From Planctomycetota bacterium (GTDB taxonomy: Bacteria > Planctomycetota > UBA8108 > SXIK01), in contig OZ244999.1 in assembly GCA_965223265.1 (NCBI GenBank), positions 5,056,001 through 5,120,000 of the forward strand: a DNA stretch of 64,000 nucleotides, written 5' to 3'. The translations under genes were made by a program, and so were the position numbers. Positions 51,169-61,103 of this stretch are shown here, piece after piece; within the stretch, counting starts at the first letter, position 1; each line of letters begins with the position of its first letter. Below the pieces are notes generated by a model. The model did no database searches. It was given only the letters and a program-made list of their open reading frames with translations, and was not told the DNA's origin.

Positions 51169-52665
51169 CTACGAATTCCTCGGACCGGATCCCTGCGCCC
51201 CTGCCTTGAGAAGGGCGCTCGTCGAGAACCCCGGCAGATGCGGCACGATGACGACGCGCCCCCCGTAACTTTCAACGAACCGCCTGCCGATCACTTCGCG
51301 ATGAGTGTAATCGCCGCCCTTGACGAGGACATCGGGACGGAGCGCCTCGAGCATTGAGAGCGGTGTGTCTTCGTCGAAGACGACAACAAAGTCGACGAAT
51401 TCGAGCCAAGAAAGCATATGGAGTCGCTGGCGCTGCCGAAAGCGAGGTCGACTGGGTCCCTTGAGGCGCCGCACCGAAGCATCACTGTTGAGCGCCACGA
51501 TCAGGACGTCACCTTCCTGAGCTGCGCCCTGCAGCAGATGCAGGTGCCCGCCATGGAAGTAGTCGAAGCAGCCATTGGCGAAGACGATTCTCTGACCAGC
51601 ATCTCTCGCACCTTCGACGATGGGCTTCAGCTCCCGCAGCGTCTTCAACTTTCCAGTTCCGGGCCGCCCTTCGAACAGTATCTCGTGAACGATCTCTTGG
51701 CGCGATAGCGGCGTCACACCGAGGCGACGGATCTCCAAACCGGCCGCATAGTTGGCGAGCTGCACAGCCTGCGTGTTCGTCCCACCTTCAGCGGCGACCA
51801 GCCCAAGGACGCTGAGGACCATGTCACCGGCGCCGGCCACGTCTGTCAGATTGCGGGCGCGCGTCGGTATGTGTTTCTGCACGCCTTGGCGCTCGTAGAG
51901 GAAGATGCCGTCGGCATCCATCGTCAGCGCGATCGCTTCGATCTCGAGATCGTTTGCCAGCTTCGCGGCGGCGGCCGCGCAGCCGCTCACGTTCGTGCAC
52001 GAAACCTCGGTCGCCGTCTGTGCCTCGTAGCGATTCGGACAGATCAGCTGACAACCACGATAAAGCTCATAGCTCGGTCGTCGCGCCGGGTCGACGAGGA
52101 ACGGTAAGTGCTCTGGCGCGGCTTCGCGCAGGCGACGCACGAGCGTCGCATCCAGGAGCCCTTTGTCATAGTCCGAGATCAAGACCGCATCGAGAGACTC
52201 GGCGAGTTGAGAAAACACCAGCACCATCTCGTCCACAGCGCTGCGATCGAAGGGTGTCAGCACTTCGTCATCGACGCGAAGCAGTTGCTGCATGGCGCGG
52301 TTGGCGTGCTGCACGTAGCCAACATGCCTTGTCTTGACTGTCGTCTGGCGCCCAGGTTGTACGCACAATCCACGCAGATCAACGCCGTCGCTCTCGAACA
52401 GACGGCGAAGTTTCTCGCCGCCCTGATCGTCGCCGGTGATGCTGAAGAAGCTCACCTCTGCATCGAGGCGGGCCAAGTTGGCCACGACGCTTCCCGCTCC
52501 TCCAGCCCGTGTCTCACGTCGCTGAACGTTGAGAACAGGAATCGGCCCTTCGGGCGACACTCGCTTCACTTCTCCCCACACGTACTCGTCGAGAATCGCA
52601 TCACCGACGACGGCGATTCTCGGGCGACCAATGGATTCGAGATAACGAGCGAGTTGATCAGACAT
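51169..52665 (-). CDS. hldE: bifunctional heptose 7-phosphate kinase / heptose 1-phosphate adenylyltransferase
   Basis: RVSPEGPIPV, SDYDKG, DVAGAGD, ANGCFD..HGGH, LNSDASV..LKG, LVKGGDY. Confidence 0.95.
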   Translation of the reverse strand: MSDQLARYLESIGRPRIAVVGDAILDEYVWGEVKRVSPEGPIPVLNVQRRETRAGGAGSVVANLARLDAEVSFFSITGDDQGGEKLRRLFESDGVDLRGLCVQPGRQTTVKTRHVGYVQHANRAMQQLLRVDDEVLTPFDRSAVDEMVLVFSQLAESLDAVLISDYDKGLLDATLVRRLREAAPEHLPFLVDPARRPSYELYRGCQLICPNRYEAQTATEVSCTNVSGCAAAAAKLANDLEIEAIALTMDADGIFLYERQGVQKHIPTRARNLTDVAGAGDMVLSVLGLVAAEGGTNTQAVQLANYAAGLEIRRLGVTPLSRQEIVHEILFEGRPGTGKLKTLRELKPIVEGARDAGQRIVFANGCFDYFHGGHLHLLQGAAQEGDVLIVALNSDASVRRLKGPSRPRFRQRQRLHMLSWLEFVDFVVVFDEDTPLSMLEALRPDVLVKGGDYTHREVIGRRFVESYGGRVVIVPHLPGFSTSALLKAGAQGSGPRNS

Positions 52666-52713
52666 TCGAAGTGGCGACGAAAAACGGGCGCAAACGAAAG
52701 AAACGTGAACGAT

Positions 52714-53742
52714 TCAACGAGCCGCGGGCACAGCAGCGAGAAGACGGTCAAGGGCGCGCTCGTACGCCTCGCCACCCTCGACGACGTCCTGCGCGATGCG
52801 AAGGAACTTCCAGTCGCTGAAAGGGGCGTGCGCCGGCAGTTTCACAGCGTCCTTTTGTGTCATGACAACGTCGTCTACACGCATTCGGCCGGCAATCGAC
52901 TCGATTCTCTGAAGATCCTCAAGAGTATATCGATGGTGGTCACGGAAACAAAGAAAGCGAGCTACCCTGAGGCCGAGTTGCTCAAGCCCGAGACGAAACG
53001 CCCTGGGGTGACCTAGGCCACAAAACGCCAATACAGTCCGCCCGACAAGGGCTTCTGTCGGCCAACTGGCTCCCTGGCCGTCCGTCCAGCCGACGGGGAG
53101 GGTGCGGAGCACGACGCGGTCAATGCCGGGAAATCTTCGCTGCAGATAGGTCTTTAGAGTTGAGAGCTGCGCCTCGGAAACGAGCTCAGAGCGTGTGATT
53201 CCGAACAGATCGGCGTGTTGGAGACACGAAAGCGGCTCACGAAGAAGCCCAGCGGGAAGGACGCAACCGTTGGAGAAAGGCCGCAGCGCGTCGACGAGAA
53301 CGAAGTCGAGGTCACGCCCCAGCCGCACGTGCTGAAAGCCGTCGTCGAGGATGATGACGTCAGAGCCGGCGGCAACCGCCCGATGTCCGGTCTCGACACG
53401 ATTCTTTCCCTGCAGATGAGGGACGTCGGGAACGTTGGCGGAAAGCACCGCAAACTCATCGTTCACGACCGCCGTGTCCTCGTGGCCAATCGCCTGGCGC
53501 GGGCGTGATGCGCGGTAGCCACGGCTCAGAATCGCCGGGCGGCGGCCACGCTCGGCGAGATCGCGCGCGAGCATCTCGACCGTCGGGGTTTTGCCTGTGC
53601 CCCCACAAGTGATGTTGCCGACACTCACCACCGGTACGGAGAGACGCTTGGCGCGCTGGCTCAGCCGAACTCGTCGACGTAGTGCGACCTGTCCATAAGC
53701 CCACGCTACCGGTCGGAGAAGCAGAGTCGTCGTCGAGTTCAA
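52714..53742 (-). CDS. lpxK: tetraacyldisaccharide 4'-kinase
   Basis: [45 protein letters not shown]. Confidence 0.95.
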   Translation of the reverse strand: MNSTTTLLLRPVAWAYGQVALRRRVRLSQRAKRLSVPVVSVGNITCGGTGKTPTVEMLARDLAERGRRPAILSRGYRASRPRQAIGHEDTAVVNDEFAVLSANVPDVPHLQGKNRVETGHRAVAAGSDVIILDDGFQHVRLGRDLDFVLVDALRPFSNGCVLPAGLLREPLSCLQHADLFGITRSELVSEAQLSTLKTYLQRRFPGIDRVVLRTLPVGWTDGQGASWPTEALVGRTVLAFCGLGHPRAFRLGLEQLGLRVARFLCFRDHHRYTLEDLQRIESIAGRMRVDDVVMTQKDAVKLPAHAPFSDWKFLRIAQDVVEGGEAYERALDRLLAAVPAAR

Positions 53743-53746
53743 TCGG

Positions 53747-54337
53747 TTACTGGAGGGGTGGGAACTGTCGCATGGCAGCGAAAACCGCGCGCCGGATCGC
53801 TTTCGCCGGCCCACGCGGCACGCGCGAGTGAGGCTCCTCTCGGTATGCGGCGTGCGAGCGAACAGAGAAGAGCTTTTCCAGCGAATCCGTCGAGAAGAGC
53901 TCAATCTCGAATTCGAACCGCATGTTCGCTAGCGACCCGGTCTCGGCTTGCCACGTCAGAATCCTGGCGGCAATGACTGCGTCGTACGTCACCTGATCGT
54001 GTGCCCGCCCTGCTCCAATCGCCTCACGGATCTCAGGGATCGGTGAGGTTTCAAGCACCATCGTATCGTAGTTCTTCGAGCGCAAGTTTTCGTCAATTGC
54101 GGCAGCCAAAAGCTCGGGAACGTCATAGAGCTGCACGCCGAGAACCGAGCGCTGCAGCATGCCGCCAAACGACACGGCACCCAATGGATAGACGGTCTCG
54201 TTCGTCACGGGCGGAACCGCGACCACTTGCGGCGGATCCACGCCCATCCGCGCATCGACGAAAGCCGGCAACGCGCACCCCGCGACCAAAAGCACGAACG
54301 CGGCCAGTGTCGCCCCCCCAGGTGCGGCGGTGGCCAT
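53747..54337 (-). CDS. putative lipoprotein (DUF799/GNA1162-like)
   Basis: Lipobox VAGC; VAVPPVTNET motif. Confidence 0.65.
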   Translation of the reverse strand: MATAAPGGATLAAFVLLVAGCALPAFVDARMGVDPPQVVAVPPVTNETVYPLGAVSFGGMLQRSVLGVQLYDVPELLAAAIDENLRSKNYDTMVLETSPIPEIREAIGAGRAHDQVTYDAVIAARILTWQAETGSLANMRFEFEIELFSTDSLEKLFSVRSHAAYREEPHSRVPRGPAKAIRRAVFAAMRQFPPLQ

Positions 54338-54389
54338 GCGGGATCGTTGGCGTCCCGCTTGAGAGCCGGGTCGGTCACAGAGATACGGC

Positions 54390-54614
54390 CTACTTGGCAG
54401 CGACCCTTTCGGCAACATGCAACTCGCTGAGGACCTCGAGAACTTGCGACTCTTTCATGTAACCGAGCTCGATCAGAATCTGGCCCAAGAACTTGTAGGG
54501 CTTCCCTGTCGCCTCGGCCTTCGCCTGCACGGTGAGAGCCTCGTACAGCTGTTCGGTGGTAACATATCCGTTCTCGAAGGCAACTTCACCGAATAATTTT
54601 CGATCTGCTGCCAT
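54390..54614 (-). CDS. stand-alone MshEN-like domain protein (74 aa)
   Basis: LFGEVAFENGYVTTEQLYEALTVQ and FLGQILIELGYMKESQVLEVL tandem motifs; SD ggag. Confidence 0.8.
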   Translation of the reverse strand: MAADRKLFGEVAFENGYVTTEQLYEALTVQAKAEATGKPYKFLGQILIELGYMKESQVLEVLSELHVAERVAAK

Positions 54615-55037
54615 AAAAAAGTCGCTCCGTCGTGAAAGTCAGTGCAGCCCACGCCTGCTCAGTTCCTCTGCCCTCTCAACAAGCTATCATCGGTTTCTAT
54701 ACTGAGCAAACGCACCTCGAGACGCTCGGCGGCACTACGTGCAAGTTTCTCCAAGGACACCTGGCGGTAATCCTCGGCGATCAGAGAGGTTGGCGCTGCA
54801 CTTGGTCAAGGTGCAAGGCGAAACGATCGATGAGAGGATAGGTCCCGTTCCGCAGACGATCAGGCGAGCTCTCTGCAAGTTCAGAAGTGACTTGCTGGCC
54901 GCAGCCGCTGACGTGATGCAGTCGAAACCCAGCAACTCATCGGCCGGGTATCCTTCTCCACCAAACTCCCAAGAGGTGCGACGCAACAGCTGAGTGCGCC
55001 TTGCAAGTCTTTTCGGTACCGAGTTACGCTACGAATC

Positions 55038-56087
55038 ATGAGCGAAAACGCCCAGCAAATCTTGCGACAGAGATTCAGCGGCGCCCTCTGCGGCGGCGCG
55101 CTCGGCGATGCGCTGGCCTTTCCTTACCAGGACTACTCGCGTTCGTTCCTGACCTCGAATTCCGCTCGGATCTGCGAGCGGTTCGAAGAGCATCACAGCA
55201 AGTTTTACCCTCTAGGACAGTACGGCGACGACACGCAAGTCACGTTGGCCGTGGCCGAGGGTCTCCTCGGCGAGCAGGAGTTGGAGCAACGCGGCGAGCA
55301 TGACGAGACGCTGCTCGTCCGCAAGCTCTTGCCTCTTTGGCGCGACCAACTACTCGTCGACCCTGAGGAGAGTTGTGCACGGGCGTTCGAACGAATGCTC
55401 GCTAGTGAGCGCCCATGGACGCCGCAGCCGCTGGCGAATGGGCACGCCGAGATCGCTCCGGTAGCGCGCACAGTCAGCGCTGGGCTCCTGTTTCACGAGC
55501 AACCCGATCGTCGTTGGCGCGAAGCTGCACGCATCGTCCTCGTCACGCACTCCGACGTTCGCGTGCTGGCATGTGCGGCAGCTTTCACGGCCGCGATTGC
55601 CTACGCCGTCAAGACCGAGGAGCTGATCTTAGGTGAGTTTCTCGACGAAGTCGTTGGCGCCGCACGCCACTACGACGAATCGCTCGCGGCGATCGTCGAG
55701 GACTTTCCGCTGCTGCTCTCACTCAACGAATATCGCTGCGTACAGCGACTCGAAAGGGCCTACCCGGATGATGCCTACCTCGCCTCGCCGACCGGGCTCG
55801 TCCCCTACTGCGTCCCGTGTCTTCTCCTGGCGCTCTATTATTTTCTGCGCTCGCCCCACGATTTCAGCAAGACCACAGAGGCATGCCTGCGCCTCGGTGG
55901 ACAGGCCGACACCACGGTGTTTTTGGCCAGCGCCCTGAGCGGCGCGCTGAACGGCTACGACGCACTTCCCGCATCGTTGCTGGAGACGCTGCTGAACGTT
56001 GACCAAATTCGCGCGACGGCGGAACGACTGTTTGAAGCTTCAGAGGAGCTGCGACGAAGCACGACCCAGTACGACGAGCCCGCGTAG
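55038..56087 (+). CDS. ADP-ribosylglycohydrolase (DraG/ARH) family protein with degenerate motifs
   Basis: GALGDALA, YGDDTQ, THSD, GGQADTT, ALSGALNG. Confidence 0.85.
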   Translation: MSENAQQILRQRFSGALCGGALGDALAFPYQDYSRSFLTSNSARICERFEEHHSKFYPLGQYGDDTQVTLAVAEGLLGEQELEQRGEHDETLLVRKLLPLWRDQLLVDPEESCARAFERMLASERPWTPQPLANGHAEIAPVARTVSAGLLFHEQPDRRWREAARIVLVTHSDVRVLACAAAFTAAIAYAVKTEELILGEFLDEVVGAARHYDESLAAIVEDFPLLLSLNEYRCVQRLERAYPDDAYLASPTGLVPYCVPCLLLALYYFLRSPHDFSKTTEACLRLGGQADTTVFLASALSGALNGYDALPASLLETLLNVDQIRATAERLFEASEELRRSTTQYDEPA

Positions 56088-56192
56088 CGCCCGAACGAGA
56101 CGCCCATGGCGGCCGCCTCGCGGAGCAGGGCGACATCCGGGTCTCGATCGCCCGCAACGCGCGCACCGCGCCTGGCGGCGACGACTCACGGG

Positions 56193-56903
56193 CTAGTCAG
56201 CAGCCGATCTCGCGACTCGACGGCCATGACGCAGATAAAGCTTGGCAATCGTCAAGAGGATCTTGTATCCGGCCCTGATGGTCCCCGACACCGTGCCCGT
56301 GATCTTCGACGTGCCGATGCGCCGCCGGTATGAGACGGGGACCTCATTGACTCGGAGCCCTTCCTGAAGCGCTCTCACCTGCATCTCAACCGTCCAACCG
56401 AAGTCCTGATCTTGCATCCGAAGCTCCCGTAGCGACGTCAACCGTATGGCACGAAACGGACCCAAGTCGGTGTAGCGATGACCCCAGATCAGTCGCATCA
56501 GAAAGCACGCGAGCCGATTGCCAAAGTACGCCTGCGGCGCGAGCGCGCCGTCTTCACGCTCGCCGAGCATACGACTTCCGATCACTAGGTCTGCGTCTCC
56601 AGTACGAATCGCCTCGGTGATCGACGTGATCTCTTCCGGTCGATCGCTGAAGTCCGCGTCGAGAAACACGACGCACTCGGTGTCCTCAGGCAACGCCGCG
56701 ATGCCGCACAGACACGCAGCGCCGTATCCGCGCTGTAGTTCCTCAACGACGCGGGCACCAGCCGCCGCGGCGACAGAGGCGGTCGTGTCGGTGCTGCCGT
56801 TGTCGACAACGATGACTTGTGCGATCGACTCGGGAAGCGCAGCGACAACTTTGCCGACAGACTTCTCCTCGTTGAACGCGGGGATGATCACTACCGTCTT
56901 CAC
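56193..56903 (-). CDS. glycosyltransferase family 2 (DPM-like)
   Basis: IIPAFNEE, VVDNGSTD, RGYGAAC, FLDAD, TDLGPFRA. Confidence 0.9.
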   Translation of the reverse strand: MKTVVIIPAFNEEKSVGKVVAALPESIAQVIVVDNGSTDTTASVAAAAGARVVEELQRGYGAACLCGIAALPEDTECVVFLDADFSDRPEEITSITEAIRTGDADLVIGSRMLGEREDGALAPQAYFGNRLACFLMRLIWGHRYTDLGPFRAIRLTSLRELRMQDQDFGWTVEMQVRALQEGLRVNEVPVSYRRRIGTSKITGTVSGTIRAGYKILLTIAKLYLRHGRRVARSAAD

Positions 56904-56937
56904 CCCGACGTCTCCCGGCTCGATTCCCGCCCCGCAC

Positions 56938-59676
56938 TCACCCGTCGTTGGCGTCTTCCTGGCCACCCTCGGACTCGTCGGGAGATTCCGGTCGCGGCAG
57001 TTCTTCGCTGCCGATCTGGCGCACTCGGGCGAGGAAGCGGACGCGGAAGCCGTCCGCAACGCCGTGCCAAAGTTTCGAGCTGGCCTCTTCCGTCAGCACC
57101 GCGATCGTGGCATCGCGGAGCGTCTGCTGGCGCTCGCGGTCCTCCAGCGCTGTCAGCTCACGCTCCCACCATAGCAGTTGAGCGAAACGCCCCACCACCG
57201 ATTCCTCGACGGCGAGCAAGCCACGGAGCTCGGAAATCGTCTGTTGCGCCTCGGCGCCTTCAAGGCTCCGCAGCCGCTGCTGAATCGTCTTACGCAGAGC
57301 AAACGCGCTCTCACCGCGCTCAAACTCGGCAACTCCAGCGGGGTGTTGAGTGCCAATTTCAGCGTGTTTCTCGATCAATTCGCGAAGCGTCTGGGTCGTA
57401 CCCAAGACCTCCTCGTCGAGCGCCAAGATGTCGCGGATTCTCCACACCTCGAGCGCCACGTTCCACCCCTTCATGAGGGTCGCTTGGTCACTCAGGTCCA
57501 GCTTTCGTGGCTCAAGAAACTCCGCGAGCTGAGGCGCGCGCAAGAGTGGTAGTGCGCTGCGTAGAACCCCGACCCCGCCGGACTCGACGGCGAGGCGAAG
57601 CAGTTCGCCGCTGAGCACAGGAAAAAGGCTCACCGCGTCAGAATCAAGCACTGAAAGGATCTTGCGGTGCAGAGCTTCCTCGACCGCTGGCCCGTGGGCG
57701 CCAAGAAAACCAAGAAACTGGCGAATCGCTTCGTCACCGGCCACGGACGAGGCCACGACGTCTAAGACGGCGAGGATCTCCTTTTCCTTGTACTGCTCGG
57801 AATGCTGCACGATCTCCAGGAGAGTGTTGAGCGCGGCCTGGTTGTCCGCGCGGACGAGAGAGCCAAGCCCCAAGATGACACGGACTCGCAGCGCCTGCTC
57901 TTGGCGCTTCGCGAGCAAAGATCCATAGAATCTCAGCAATAGCTCATGCTGTTCGGACTGCTTGGCGGCTGCCTCAAGCGCGCCGATGCACGCGCGACGA
58001 AAGTCACGCGCTGCCGGTTGATTCGAGTCATTCTCGTTGAAGAGCTCGACGATACGCTCTGCAGTCGCGTTCTCCATGCCTCGGTCTTCCACGATGCGAC
58101 CTAGCGTCGTGACTGCGCTGGTCATGAGCGCAAGATCAGGGGCGTCTCCGTCCGGTGTGCTGAGCAGGATCGATTCAACGAGATGCTGGACCGCCTCGAT
58201 GCGTAGTGCACCCGCAACGCGCACCGCTTCGAGAAAAATGGCCTGATCCGCCTCGCGTCGCGAATCCGCCAGACTCGTCATCAGAAGAACGATTTTGTCG
58301 GTCAATCGGCGACTCGCTTCCGTCGATTGATCTATGTAGTCGCGATACTGTGCCAGCCCTGCGAGCGCAGATCGAATCACCATCGAGCTCTCAAGCGGGT
58401 ATGACTCACGCTCGATCACCAAGAGCAGCAGCTCGATGGCCTGACGCTGCAGCGCCACCTTGGTGCCGGGAGGGCTCGACTCCGGAAGCGGTGCAGCCTC
58501 GAGCCAACGACCGAACTCCCCGAGTGCGCTGACGACTTCGAGCCGCGACTCCGCCTCGTAGATGAACCCAAGGGAGTCGCGCAGTGCAGAGAGCACGCGC
58601 TCGGCGTGCTGGGTTTCCTTGAGGTGATCGATCATTCTCGCCCAGGCGCTCATGAACCGCTTCCGCGACGTGGCGCCATGCTCGTAGAGAACTGTCTCAA
58701 GGGACTTGTCCTCCGCCGTCGCCCACCATTCCTCCCATGCTTTCGGCGTCGGGAAGTCGACACGGACGCGGCGCCGAAGCTCTGAGATCGACGCCCACAT
58801 GAGCGTCTCGCCGGTGTGGTGAGGCGGAACTGGCAGCGTCCGATTCTCCGCGTAATACGTCAGCGCGTTCACCAGCAGCTCAACTGCTCGACGTGGGTCT
58901 GTGGCCCAAATAATGGTGACACTGTCGCGCAAAGCGATCTCGGTCGGCGGTGGATCAGCGACGATCCTAGCGGCCAGATCACTCAGCGTCTGCGAAGCCC
59001 CCTCCGCGCGTTCGACCTTGATCGTCTCAACACACGTATCGGCGACCAGAGTCCGAAGCGTCTCCGGTCCGACGCCGACCATCGGCAACAAGTCCGCCGC
59101 GAACGTGCTGTAAGGAACGCCCTGGCGCGGAATCCACGTCCTGAGTTCGTGAACGACGCTCGCCGTGCACTCCCACGGCACCTTACCAGTACGAAGGGCT
59201 GCTGGATCGAGCAGCTCTCGCAAGAAATTTCGATGCCGAACCTGCGTGCCCGGCGATCCACCACGCTGCACGCGCTCGAGAAGCTGATGAGCCGCCCGAA
59301 GACCTCGCTGGCGATCGTCTCCTGCCAGTTCCTTCAGTAAAGTCGCGAAGGCTTCCTTATCGGAAAGGTTCTGGTCCCGAAGCAACTCGCCGGTCGCCGA
59401 GTCCAGTTTCGCACCTGGATCGGGCTGCTCGGGCGAGTCTTGCGCGGTCAGCGGGAGTATTGCAAGGAGAGTAGCCGAGCTCATCATGACGAGGGACGAG
59501 AAACGAAACAGATGGGAGCGCCGCAAGCAAGGAGCGAGAGCGGCATCGGACCGTGGCGAACTCGACACGGGGAGCGTGCAAGACGTTTCCGACATACCGT
59601 CAGCGGCGGCGAGAGGAGGTCCCAAGCCGCGTGCAGCCGCGGTGGGAAACGACACCTGTGACCGAGTAGGAATCAC
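56938..59676 (-). CDS. large alpha-helical (HEAT/ARM-like) exported hypothetical protein; true start may be downstream
   Basis: 912-aa Leu/Glu/Ala-rich ORF; hydrophobic segment near residues 55-78; W..WW motif. Confidence 0.7.
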   Translation of the reverse strand: MIPTRSQVSFPTAAARGLGPPLAAADGMSETSCTLPVSSSPRSDAALAPCLRRSHLFRFSSLVMMSSATLLAILPLTAQDSPEQPDPGAKLDSATGELLRDQNLSDKEAFATLLKELAGDDRQRGLRAAHQLLERVQRGGSPGTQVRHRNFLRELLDPAALRTGKVPWECTASVVHELRTWIPRQGVPYSTFAADLLPMVGVGPETLRTLVADTCVETIKVERAEGASQTLSDLAARIVADPPPTEIALRDSVTIIWATDPRRAVELLVNALTYYAENRTLPVPPHHTGETLMWASISELRRRVRVDFPTPKAWEEWWATAEDKSLETVLYEHGATSRKRFMSAWARMIDHLKETQHAERVLSALRDSLGFIYEAESRLEVVSALGEFGRWLEAAPLPESSPPGTKVALQRQAIELLLLVIERESYPLESSMVIRSALAGLAQYRDYIDQSTEASRRLTDKIVLLMTSLADSRREADQAIFLEAVRVAGALRIEAVQHLVESILLSTPDGDAPDLALMTSAVTTLGRIVEDRGMENATAERIVELFNENDSNQPAARDFRRACIGALEAAAKQSEQHELLLRFYGSLLAKRQEQALRVRVILGLGSLVRADNQAALNTLLEIVQHSEQYKEKEILAVLDVVASSVAGDEAIRQFLGFLGAHGPAVEEALHRKILSVLDSDAVSLFPVLSGELLRLAVESGGVGVLRSALPLLRAPQLAEFLEPRKLDLSDQATLMKGWNVALEVWRIRDILALDEEVLGTTQTLRELIEKHAEIGTQHPAGVAEFERGESAFALRKTIQQRLRSLEGAEAQQTISELRGLLAVEESVVGRFAQLLWWERELTALEDRERQQTLRDATIAVLTEEASSKLWHGVADGFRVRFLARVRQIGSEELPRPESPDESEGGQEDANDG

Positions 59677-59968
59677 AGCAAAAACGCTCCACTCCTCGTA
59701 CCGACGCGGCAGCCTGTCGTGCCGGCTGCCCGGCTATCGAATCAGCGAAGGGTGACGTTACCGCGTCGAGATGGTTCCAAGCTTTCGCGGCGTACCGTGC
59801 CAACCGGCGGTGCCGCGCTCGTCGCCAACCGAATGGGTTCTTAGGCGAGCTCTCAAGTCGTAACGGCGGTTTCCGCCTAGCCACCCACCACGAGACCGTG
59901 TGAGCGCGCAGCTCAGCCGAGCTTTCGCGGGCACCTACGCGTTCCCCCAGCGAGCACGAAGCTGAAGA

Positions 59969-59997
59969 ATTATAAGCTTAGGAGCATAAACTGTCGA
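59969..59997 (-). promoter_or_regulatory. sigma70-type promoter
   Basis: TCGACA-N17-TATAAT on the minus strand. Confidence 0.55.
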
Positions 59998-60182
59998 GTC
60001 GCGGGAGCCGCGAGTCCCTGTTTTTTGCGGGCAAGTTCCCAATAGCCAGCAGCACGCGAAGTCAACCACAGCCGTGGCTGCGACGCGCCCGCGCAAGGCT
60101 TGATCAACTCGGAATGCGTCGTTCGGCGCCGCCTCCACCTTGACGCGTAGGCGTGTCTCCGCCCGGGACGGCACGAGACCCT

Positions 60183-61103
60183 TCACGAAAAGAGTCCGGC
60201 ACCGAAGTTATCTTCCGGTTCATCGTGCTCATCGAGCTGTGGCTCCCGCACGCGCTCGGGCTGCAGCCGCGATCCGCCGCGTGCGCCGGAAGGCTCGCCG
60301 GCTTCGAAGCGCTCACGCGCCACCCGATCCGAGGGCGAGGCGTCCAAGCGAGGCTCACCCCCAAGACGGCCCCCAGCGGCATCCTGCGTCACCGTACCGC
60401 GCTGCGGCTGCCGCCAGTGTGGAGCGCGCCCTCCGCGACGATCGTCGCCAGAGCGCGACCGGTCGCGGCCACGTCGATCACCGCGCCGTCGTCGACTCGG
60501 CGCACCGTCTCGATCCTGGCTCGAACGAGGCTCCGCAACTGGGTGAGATCCAGCGCTAGCCGCGCCGGGTTTCTCCCACTCTTCCTCCTCAGCGTGGGCA
60601 GCTCCGACAAGCTCCGGCTCGCTGGGAACGGACTTCCGCTGCGTCGGGGCCACGTCCGTCAACCGCGCCTCGTCATCGTCGAAGTACTCCTCGTCGTCGA
60701 AAACGTCGAGATCCTGAGGGCGGTAGTCCGGGTCCTTGGCCCGGTCGAGTTCTTCCAGATACGAGTCGAGCACGCGTCGCTGAATCGACTCCCGGCACTC
60801 CGAATTGATCGGGTGCGCAACGTCAGCGTGCAGTTTACGGCGGGGGTCACCGTTGGCGGCATCGCCGCTGAGACGGCAGCCGCACTCGTTGCAGTAGAGG
60901 GCGCGGTAGTGATTCTTGCCGGGACAGCGATGACAACGCGCCATCAGCTTGCGGCTCGGCATGGCGACGAAAGCGCCCTTAGCACCTTCGATCACCTTCA
61001 GGTCACGAACGACGAAGTCGTTGTCAATGGTTACGCTACAAAAGGCCCTGAGCTTCTCGTTTCTCCCTGACGTTAGCTTGATGCGAACCTCGGTGATCTC
61101 CAC
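60183..61103 (-). CDS. spoVG: SpoVG family protein with Zn-ribbon insert and long disordered tail
   Basis: MEITEVRI, FVVRDLKVIEG, FVAMPSRK, CHRC...CNEC, DVAHPINSECR; SD aaggag. Confidence 0.93.
   Translation of the reverse strand: MEITEVRIKLTSGRNEKLRAFCSVTIDNDFVVRDLKVIEGAKGAFVAMPSRKLMARCHRCPGKNHYRALYCNECGCRLSGDAANGDPRRKLHADVAHPINSECRESIQRRVLDSYLEELDRAKDPDYRPQDLDVFDDEEYFDDDEARLTDVAPTQRKSVPSEPELVGAAHAEEEEWEKPGAASAGSHPVAEPRSSQDRDGAPSRRRRGDRRGRDRSRSGDDRRGGRAPHWRQPQRGTVTQDAAGGRLGGEPRLDASPSDRVARERFEAGEPSGARGGSRLQPERVREPQLDEHDEPEDNFGAGLFS

Noticed and set aside
34466-52337. Long antisense ORFs (e.g. 37823..38914, 41088..42080, 48774..50024)
   Set aside because: These are shadow frames of well-supported genes, as expected in GC-rich DNA.
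54739-54993. 84-aa ORF upstream of the ARH gene
   Set aside because: No motif or clear SD; cannot be supported from the sequence alone.
55004-55026. Third copy of the TAAGT/ACTTA palindrome
   Set aside because: The spacer is 13 rather than 15 nt, and both half-sites are mismatched.
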